A DNA stretch of 36,736 nt, taken from positions 1 to 36,736 of the IMG/VR virus record IMGVR_UViG_3300037462_000677; one strand, given 5' to 3'. This document shows positions 29,977 to 36,736 of the stretch, piece by piece. Origin of the DNA: a virus (Duplodnaviria > Caudoviricetes). The position numbers were made by a program, and so were the translations under genes. The notes below the pieces were generated by a model. That model did not search any database and was not told where the DNA came from. It worked only from the letters and a program-made list of their open reading frames with translations. Positions within the stretch are counted from its first letter, which is position 1; each line of letters begins with the position of its first letter.

Positions 29977-31280
29977 TGCATCACACCCAGATCGCCCAGC
30001 GCGTCTTCAACACGCCACTGATGGTCGATCCGGCGAAGGCGATGGCCTTCCTGACCGGGCTTGGCCCGCGCATCACGGGCAGAGAAATCAGCGTCGAGGG
30101 GGTCGAAATCGCCGCCGAAGCGCAGGATGCAGCCACCCTGCCCGCCCGAGCCTCGCTTTTTGGCGATGATGTCACCAACCGCCAGGCGCGGAACGGCAGT
30201 CAGCCCTTCACCGTTATCGACGGAATAGCTGTCATCGAAATCGCTGGGACGCTGGTACATCGCGGCGCGTGGATCGGGCAATCCTCCGGGCTGACATCTT
30301 ACGAGGGGATCGCCGCCCAGCTGCAGGTGGCCCTTACCGACCCAGCGATCCGTGGCATTGCCCTCGACATCGACAGCTTTGGCGGTGAAGTCGCGGGGGC
30401 CTTCGATCTGGCCGACCGCATCCGGGCCGCCCGGACGCAGAAGCCAATCCATGCCTTCGTCGCCGATCACGCGCTATCGGCCGCCTATGCACTGGCCTCC
30501 CAGGCCAACCGGATCATCCTGCCCCGTACCGGCGCGGTCGGCAGCATCGGCGTCGTGGCCATGCATAGCGACATGAGCGGGGCGCTCGACCAGAAGGGCA
30601 TCGCCGTCACACTGATCCATGCCGGGGCCCGCAAGATCGATGCGAACCCCTATCAGCCCCTGCCCGAGGCGGTCCGCACCCGCATCTCGGGCGAGTTGGA
30701 AGACCTCCGCCAGCTCTTCGCCGAGACTGTCGCCGAAGGGCGCGGCCGCCGACTCGACACAAGCCAAGCGCTTGGCACCGAGGCCGCCGTCTTCCGCGGC
30801 GAAGCGGCCGTCTTCGCCGGTCTCGCCGATGAGGTGGCCGATCCGGTCATCGCCTTCCGCGCTTTCGCCGCCGCACCTCGCGGCACAACCACCCCAAGAG
30901 GAAAGGGCCCGATGATGACCACCGCCCCCGAAGACCATGCGCAACCTCCGGCCGCGCCTACTGCAAACGCCGCGCCGGAACCGGCCCCGCCCGCGGCAGT
31001 CGCACCGCGGCAGGCAGAGACCCTGTCGCCCGAAGCGATCCGCGCCGAAGCGGCCGAGGTCGCGCAGGTCTGCGCGCAGGCCGCCCGGCTCGGCATCCAG
31101 ATGGACGCAGCCGATGCTGTCGCCAAGGGCGTGAAGCCCGAAGCGCTGCGCGCCAAGATCCTCGCCGATCTCGCTGCGCGCAGCGATGCCGCTGGCATCA
31201 TCGCAACGGCCCCCGCACCCGGAGCCAAGGAAAGCCCCATCGTCGCGGCTGCAAAGAAATCGGCTGCCGCTTCGCGCTGA
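29973..31280 (+). CDS. S49 family prohead protease (gpC-like) with C-terminal scaffold region
   Basis: DIDSFGG, ALSAAYALAS, VGSIGV; Ala/Pro-rich linker and helical C-terminus. Confidence 0.92.
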   Translation: MMHHTQIAQRVFNTPLMVDPAKAMAFLTGLGPRITGREISVEGVEIAAEAQDAATLPARASLFGDDVTNRQARNGSQPFTVIDGIAVIEIAGTLVHRGAWIGQSSGLTSYEGIAAQLQVALTDPAIRGIALDIDSFGGEVAGAFDLADRIRAARTQKPIHAFVADHALSAAYALASQANRIILPRTGAVGSIGVVAMHSDMSGALDQKGIAVTLIHAGARKIDANPYQPLPEAVRTRISGELEDLRQLFAETVAEGRGRRLDTSQALGTEAAVFRGEAAVFAGLADEVADPVIAFRAFAAAPRGTTTPRGKGPMMTTAPEDHAQPPAAPTANAAPEPAPPAAVAPRQAETLSPEAIRAEAAEVAQVCAQAARLGIQMDAADAVAKGVKPEALRAKILADLAARSDAAGIIATAPAPGAKESPIVAAAKKSAAASR

Positions 31281-31334
31281 CAATTTCGCCCGCACTGGGC
31301 GCACCCCATCCCCCAACATCCTGGAGACTGAACC

Positions 31335-31715
31335 ATGCCCGTCCTGACGGAACCGCCCAGCATGGGCGATGTCCTCAAATACGAGGTCAACCCGAACTAC
31401 ACCCGTGAGGTGGTGACACTGCTCGCGGGCACGCCCTTTCCGGTCGGCGCCGTCCTCGGCCGCATCACCGCCAGCGGCAAATACAAGCTGGCCACCAGCG
31501 GCGGCACCGATGGCGCGCAGACCGCCACGGCCGTTCTGCTCTATGCCGTCGATGCCACGCTGGCGGACGCCGTGGGCATCGTCGTGGCCCGCGGCCCGAC
31601 CATCGTCTCGCGCGCAGGCCTCGCCTACGACGCCACCGTCGATGACGCGGCCAAGATCACCACCAAGATCGGCCAGCTGGCCGCCGCAGGCATCATCGCC
31701 CGCGACGGCGTCTGA
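31335..31715 (+). CDS. Head decoration protein (gpD-like)
   Basis: YTREVVTL...GAVLGRIT; lies between protease and capsid; GGAGA RBS. Confidence 0.85.
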   Translation: MPVLTEPPSMGDVLKYEVNPNYTREVVTLLAGTPFPVGAVLGRITASGKYKLATSGGTDGAQTATAVLLYAVDATLADAVGIVVARGPTIVSRAGLAYDATVDDAAKITTKIGQLAAAGIIARDGV

Positions 31716-31762
31716 CGCCTACCAACCAGCCGCGCACCTCCCCTCATCCCCCGGAGCACCCC

Positions 31763-32785
31763 ATGACCCTCGTCCGCAATCCCTTCGACGCTGGCGGCTA
31801 TTCGCTGGCCGAGATGACGCAGGCCATCAACATCCTGCCCAACCTTTACACCCGCCTCGCGCAGATCGGTCTCTTCCGCTTCGAAGGCGTCAGCCAGCGC
31901 TCGGTCATCATCGAGCAGTACGAAGGCGTTCTGAGCCTCCTGCCCTCCGTCCCGCTCGGCGGCCCCGCCACCGTCGGCACCCGGGAAGGCCGGTCCATGC
32001 GCAGCTTCGCCTTGCCGTGGATCCCGCATGACGATGTGGTCCTGCCTGCCGACATCCAAGGCCAGCCCGCGCTGGGCGCCTTCGATGCGGCCGATCCGCT
32101 GGTCGAGGTGATGAACCGCAAACTGCTGCTCATGCGCCGCAAGCATGCCCAGACGCGGGAATACATGGAGATGAACGCGCTGCGCGGTATCGTGAAGGAC
32201 GGGGCCGGGACCACCCTCTACAACTACTTCACGGAATTCGGCCTGGCGCAAATCTCGGTGGACTTCGTGCTGGGCACCGCAGGCACGAACGTGCAGGGCA
32301 AGGTCCGGGAGGTGCTGCGCGCCATCGAGGACAACCTCCTCGGGGAGGCCATGACCTCGGTCCATGCCCTCGTCAGCCGCGAGTTCTTCGACAAGCTGAT
32401 CGCGCATCCAAAGACCGAGGAAGCCTACAAGTTCTACGCCTCGACCGGTGCCCAGCCCCTGCGCGAGGATGTCCGCCGCAACTTCCCCTTCGGCGGGATC
32501 CTGTTCGAGGAATACTCCGGCACCGTCACCCTCTCGACCAAGGCCACCGAACGGCTGGTCCCGGCGAACGAGGGCATCGCCTTCCCGCTCGGCACGATGG
32601 ACACCTTCACCACCTATGGCGGCCCGGCGAACCTCCTGGAAACCGCCAACACCATCGGCCTGCCGCTCTACGCCCGCCAGCATCTCGACGAAAAGGGCCG
32701 CTGGATCGACGTGATGACCGAGGCCTCGATCCTGCCGGTCAACAAGCGGCCGCGGCTGGCGATCCGCCTGCACACGTCGAACTGA
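31763..32785 (+). CDS. Major capsid protein (gpE-like)
   Basis: 340 aa, TQAINILP, TREYM..NALRG; position in the operon. Confidence 0.92.
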   Translation: MTLVRNPFDAGGYSLAEMTQAINILPNLYTRLAQIGLFRFEGVSQRSVIIEQYEGVLSLLPSVPLGGPATVGTREGRSMRSFALPWIPHDDVVLPADIQGQPALGAFDAADPLVEVMNRKLLLMRRKHAQTREYMEMNALRGIVKDGAGTTLYNYFTEFGLAQISVDFVLGTAGTNVQGKVREVLRAIEDNLLGEAMTSVHALVSREFFDKLIAHPKTEEAYKFYASTGAQPLREDVRRNFPFGGILFEEYSGTVTLSTKATERLVPANEGIAFPLGTMDTFTTYGGPANLLETANTIGLPLYARQHLDEKGRWIDVMTEASILPVNKRPRLAIRLHTSN

Positions 32786-32797
32786 CGGACGCCGCCC

Positions 32798-33112
32798 ATG
32801 TCCGTCTTCGCTGCCGCCATGGATCGCATCTTCACCCATGCCTCCATGGCGGCCCCTGCCCTCTGGATCTCGGCCACCACATCCGAGGAACGCCCGATCC
32901 GTGTCATTCGTCGTGCACCCGACCGCGTCACCGACTTCGGCGCTGGGCGGTTCGTCAGCGACACGACGGTGGTCGAGGTGCGCGTGGCCGACCTGCCCGC
33001 TCCGCGTCCGGGCGATGTGATCGTCATTGGCGCCGACAGCCATGTGATCCAGGGGGAACCGCTGCGGGATCGCGAACGGTTGATCTGGACGCTGGACCTG
33101 AGGCCTGCGTGA
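32798..33112 (+). CDS. Head-tail joining protein (FII-like)
   Basis: 104 aa, beta-rich, PRPGD motif; follows the capsid gene. Confidence 0.7.
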   Translation: MSVFAAAMDRIFTHASMAAPALWISATTSEERPIRVIRRAPDRVTDFGAGRFVSDTTVVEVRVADLPAPRPGDVIVIGADSHVIQGEPLRDRERLIWTLDLRPA

Positions 33113-33116
33113 CCCG

Positions 33117-33746
33117 ATGAAGCTGAAGCTGGAAATCAGCCCCGACCTCGCCGCCCTGATGCAGGCCGAAATCGCCGCCGGTGAAAAGGCTGTCACTATC
33201 GCCATGCGCGAGGCGGGCGCGGGCCTGAAATCCGCCTGGCGCGGTCAGATCACCGGCGCGGGGCTGGGCACCCGGCTCGGCAACTCGATCCGGCTGGCCA
33301 CCTATCCCAAGGGCGGCGAAAGCCTGAACGCCGCGGCGCTGGTCTGGTCCAACGCCCCGGTGATCGTCGGCGCGCATGACACGGGGCCGATGATCCGGTC
33401 GCGCGACGGGTTCTGGCTGGCCATCCCCACCGCCGCCGCAGGCAAGTCCACCCGCGGCGGCCACATCACTCCCGGCGAATGGGAACGCCGCACGGGGCTG
33501 CGGTTGCGCTTCATCTACCGGCGCCGGGGTCCGAGCCTGCTGGTTGCGGAGGGGCGGCTGAACTCGAAAGGCCGAGCCGTGGCCTCCCGCGCAAAAACCG
33601 GCCGCGGGTTGACCACCGTGCCGATCTTCCTCCTGGTGCCGCAGGTCAAACTGCGGAAGCGACTGGATCTGGCAAGGGATGCAGATCGGGCCATCGACGG
33701 CGTGCCGGGGCGGATCGTGGCGGGGTGGGTGAAGGGCAAGTTCTGA
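33117..33746 (+). CDS. Neck/tail completion protein (gpZ-like)
   Basis: 209-aa basic protein, WLAIPT motif; position. Confidence 0.65.
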   Translation: MKLKLEISPDLAALMQAEIAAGEKAVTIAMREAGAGLKSAWRGQITGAGLGTRLGNSIRLATYPKGGESLNAAALVWSNAPVIVGAHDTGPMIRSRDGFWLAIPTAAAGKSTRGGHITPGEWERRTGLRLRFIYRRRGPSLLVAEGRLNSKGRAVASRAKTGRGLTTVPIFLLVPQVKLRKRLDLARDADRAIDGVPGRIVAGWVKGKF

Positions 33747-33850
33747 TTTCTGCTATGCGGACGAAGCGGCCGTTTGGTGCAGTACTTACAACGACAGGTT
33801 ATGATCCATTTCATGGTCGCAAGAAGAGAAGAAAGTCATCCTTGGGAACG

Positions 33851-34735
33851 CTATTTTTGAAAGAGCTCCGCCAAGCGGTTCGCAATCCATTCAAACGACT
33901 GTTTCGGGGTTTCGAATGCCGGGACATTCGAGAGAGGATCAAAAATGGCTTTAAGCACATATGTAGAATTCTCGAGGCCAGCACTTCTTTCTCCCATTTC
34001 GAAAATCGATGTCGCGTCCTGAAAACGAATGATTGCAGCTGGATGGTCACTTCCTTTACCAAGCGTCTCCTCGTTAAGGAAAAGCCAAGACAAGGCAACA
34101 CAAACCGCTAAAACGCGGAACTCCCGCTCGATGCCTGAACCCGCTTCGTCAAGTATCCAGCGAGTAGCAAAATTATCGGCCTGGAATTCCTGCCTCAGTC
34201 TTTGTTCAACCGGTATGTATTTCTCATGCTGAAGGTGTACATGCCCGATCTCATGCAAAAGCACCCAAGACATTGCACCAAAGAACAAATTGTTCACACG
34301 CCCTTCCGATGTATCAGGCCTGACGTTGATGTCAGGTGGCTGAATGTTGATCGGCCATTCGCGATCACTGCGAAAAAGACTTCTAGCGTAGTCCAGATGC
34401 TCATTAATCTGCATCTTCGCGCAGTGTTCCCCAATGTTGATATGCGTCTCTGCTTTGTCGACATCCCTTTGGGAACGCGACGCAATGTCAGATATATGAA
34501 ATGCCGCGTAAGAGAGACACCATAGGCTGGCCAAACCCGCGTAGGTGGCTGTAACCCTTGTTTCGCTGGGGTATGCGTGGAAGTTGGCCTCACCGGCCAT
34601 GGCTGTTAGTTGCCATCGCGCCTTATTGAAAATCTCATAGGCGAGATCCGGCCCACGTTCAGGAGCTATGTTGAAAGGAGTTCTCTTTGCGAATTGGAAC
34701 AAAGGTTCCATCAGGGTCTGAGTGTCTCTTGCCAT
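33851..34735 (-). CDS. Lit-like (peptidase U49) zinc metalloprotease
   Basis: WVLLHEIGHVHLQH and RQEFQADNFA; 294 aa; AT-rich and antisense within the morphogenesis operon. Confidence 0.75.
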   Translation of the reverse strand: MARDTQTLMEPLFQFAKRTPFNIAPERGPDLAYEIFNKARWQLTAMAGEANFHAYPSETRVTATYAGLASLWCLSYAAFHISDIASRSQRDVDKAETHINIGEHCAKMQINEHLDYARSLFRSDREWPINIQPPDINVRPDTSEGRVNNLFFGAMSWVLLHEIGHVHLQHEKYIPVEQRLRQEFQADNFATRWILDEAGSGIEREFRVLAVCVALSWLFLNEETLGKGSDHPAAIIRFQDATSIFEMGERSAGLENSTYVLKAIFDPLSNVPAFETPKQSFEWIANRLAELFQK

Positions 34736-34874
34736 AGGGCACCATAACTAACTTTTCTTGAGGTTTCACAGTGGCACGCAAGACGACGAACCACCGTAAT
34801 CCGCGATAAGCGGTCGTTCAGCCTTTGCGCAGCAGCTGTCACCATTGGCTCCTTTCTACAACCTAGAGCATCAT

Positions 34875-35297
34875 TTGCCCACTACCCGCGAACTCATCCT
34901 TGCCGCGCTGCACGCGCGGTTGCAGCCGCTGGCCGCCGCCACCCTGCGCGACGAGGTGCTGCCCGAGCGGATCCCGGCGGCCGGGCTGATCATCCTGCGC
35001 GACGGTCAGCCGGGCGAGCCGGAGGTGACGCTGTCACCCCTGCGCTACCACTACCAGCACCGGGCGGAACTGGAGGTCGTCGTCCAGGCGGGCACCGGCC
35101 GGGCCAGTGCCTTCGACGACCTGATCGCCGCTATCGGCGGGGCGCTGGAAGCGGACCGGACGCTCGGCGGCCTCTGCGACTGGGTTGAACCCGAGGCCCC
35201 GGCATCGGTCGATCTGCCCGTCGACGGCGCGGCGGCGCTGAAGGCGGCGGTGATCACCGTCGTCCTGCACTACACCACGACCGGCCCTCTGGCCTGA
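34875..35297 (+). CDS. Tail terminator-like protein (gpU analogue)
   Basis: TTG start (PTTRELILAAL...), ADRTLGGL; directly before the tail tube gene. Confidence 0.7.
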   Translation: MPTTRELILAALHARLQPLAAATLRDEVLPERIPAAGLIILRDGQPGEPEVTLSPLRYHYQHRAELEVVVQAGTGRASAFDDLIAAIGGALEADRTLGGLCDWVEPEAPASVDLPVDGAAALKAAVITVVLHYTTTGPLA

Positions 35298-35320
35298 ATT
35301 CCCCCAAATAGGAGACTCCC

Positions 35321-36259
35321 ATGGCACGCGCACAAGGCGCGCGGGCGCAGATGGCGCTTGCGTTCGAAACCGTCTACGGCACCCCGCCCGCCAGCGGCTA
35401 CCGGCTGATGCCCTTCGCCCGCACCACGCTGGGCGCGGAACAGCCGTTGTTGAACAGCGAGCTGCTGGGCTACGGCCGCGATCCCCTTGCACCCATCAAG
35501 GATGCCGCCACCGCCGATGGCGAAGTGGTGGTGCCGATCGATGTGGAGGCCTTCGGCTTCTGGCTGAAGGCCGCCTTCGGCGCCCCGACCACGACGGGGA
35601 CCACACCCAAGACCCACACCTTTCAGTCCGGCTACTGGACCCTGCCCTCGATGGCCATCGAAGTGGCCATGCCCGAGGTGCCGCGGTTTGCGATGTATGC
35701 GGGCTGCGTCATGGACCAGTTGTCCTGGCAGATGAGCCGGTCGGGCCTGCTGACCGCCACGGCCCGGCTGATCGCGCAAGGCGAGGCAATTGCCACGACC
35801 ACCGCCGCGGGGACGCCCACCGCGCTGGGCTTGCAGCGCTTCGGCCATTTCAACGGCGTGGTGAAGCGCAACGGCACGGCGCTCGGCAACGTCGTCTCGG
35901 CCGAGATTACCTATGCCAACGGCCTCGACCGGATTGAGACCATCCGCAACGACGGCAAGATCGAGGGGGCCGATCCTGGAATGGCCGCGCTGACCGGCCG
36001 GATCGAGGTGCGTTTTGCGGACAGCGCCCTCGTCACCCAAGCCATCGACGGCACGCCCTGCGAGCTCGAGTTCGCCTACAGCCTCGGCGCCAATGCCAGC
36101 TTCACCTTCACCGCCCATGCCGTCTATCTGCCCGTCCCGCGGATCGAGATCCCCGGGCCGCAAGGCATCCAGGCCACCTTCGACTGGCAGGCTGCCAAAG
36201 CCACCAGCCCCGCCCGCATGTGCACCGCCGTTCTCGTCAACACCGTCACGGGATACTGA
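35321..36259 (+). CDS. Tail tube (major tail) protein
   Basis: 312 aa, FETVYGTPP, Thr-rich; AGGAG RBS; position. Confidence 0.85.
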   Translation: MARAQGARAQMALAFETVYGTPPASGYRLMPFARTTLGAEQPLLNSELLGYGRDPLAPIKDAATADGEVVVPIDVEAFGFWLKAAFGAPTTTGTTPKTHTFQSGYWTLPSMAIEVAMPEVPRFAMYAGCVMDQLSWQMSRSGLLTATARLIAQGEAIATTTAAGTPTALGLQRFGHFNGVVKRNGTALGNVVSAEITYANGLDRIETIRNDGKIEGADPGMAALTGRIEVRFADSALVTQAIDGTPCELEFAYSLGANASFTFTAHAVYLPVPRIEIPGPQGIQATFDWQAAKATSPARMCTAVLVNTVTGY

Positions 36260-36261
36260 TC

Positions 36262-36699
36262 ATGATCCGTCTGAACCTGTCGAACCGGCCCGAATGGCTG
36301 GACCTGCTGCCCGGCCTCCGCGTCCTGGTAGCCCCCCTGACCACCGCGCTGATGGTCTCCGCCCGCGCCGACCCCGCCATCGATGGCCTGTCAGAAACCT
36401 TCAGCCAGGAGGACATGGCCCTCGCGATGGCCAAGGCCGTCGCGCGCCGCGCCGTGCTGGATTGGGAAGGTGTCGGCGATGAGGCGGGCAACCTTGTCCC
36501 CGTCAGCCCGGCCGGGATCGACGCCCTCCTCGACATCTGGCCGGTCTTCGAAGCCTTCCAGGCGCAATACGTCGCCCGCGGCCTGATGCTGGACGCGGAA
36601 AAAAACGCCTCCGCGCCCTCGCCGACTGGTCCTTCGGCGGGGGCGACGGGTATTGCGCGGCCTGCGCGGGCCCCTGCCCCGACTGCCCCGCAAGACTGA
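36262..36699 (+). CDS. Tail assembly chaperone (gpG-like) with predicted -1 frameshift extension
   Basis: AVLDWEGV, EKN motif at the A AAA AAC heptamer (36600-36606); the -1 frame is open to the window end. Confidence 0.8.
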   Translation: MIRLNLSNRPEWLDLLPGLRVLVAPLTTALMVSARADPAIDGLSETFSQEDMALAMAKAVARRAVLDWEGVGDEAGNLVPVSPAGIDALLDIWPVFEAFQAQYVARGLMLDAEKNASAPSPTGPSAGATGIARPARAPAPTAPQD

Positions 36700-36736
36700 A
36701 CCGGCCGCAGACGGTCGAGGGCTGGCAGGTCTGGGA

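Overview
GC-rich, alphaproteobacterial-like (probably Rhodobacteraceae; inferred) window holding the left ~36.7 kb of a lambda-like siphovirus prophage. Its left border appears to be a 47-bp 3' fragment of an initiator tRNA-Met gene (80-126, minus strand). Backbone genes: tyrosine integrase, Xis-like HTH, VRR-NUC, HTH replication initiator with internal iterons, a C5 methyltransferase apparently split over two overlapping frames, two tandem ParB-methyltransferases, TerS/TerL(GpA), gpW, portal, S49 protease, decoration protein, major capsid, head-tail and tail genes, and a tail chaperone with a -1 slippery site. Four accessory cassettes are inserted: (1) a Dam-like MTase convergent with a ParB-like gene plus a putative PD-(D/E)xK gene; (2) a 10-kb SNF2 helicase-DUF3883 / ASCH / DUF1156 MTase / HEPN-DUF499 ATPase operon, BREX-related; (3) a small HNH nuclease with its own promoter and a ~200-nt highly structured, possibly pseudoknotted leader RNA, the top candidate for an undescribed system; (4) a Lit-like HExxH protease. 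All calls come from motifs read by eye; no searches or folding programs were run.
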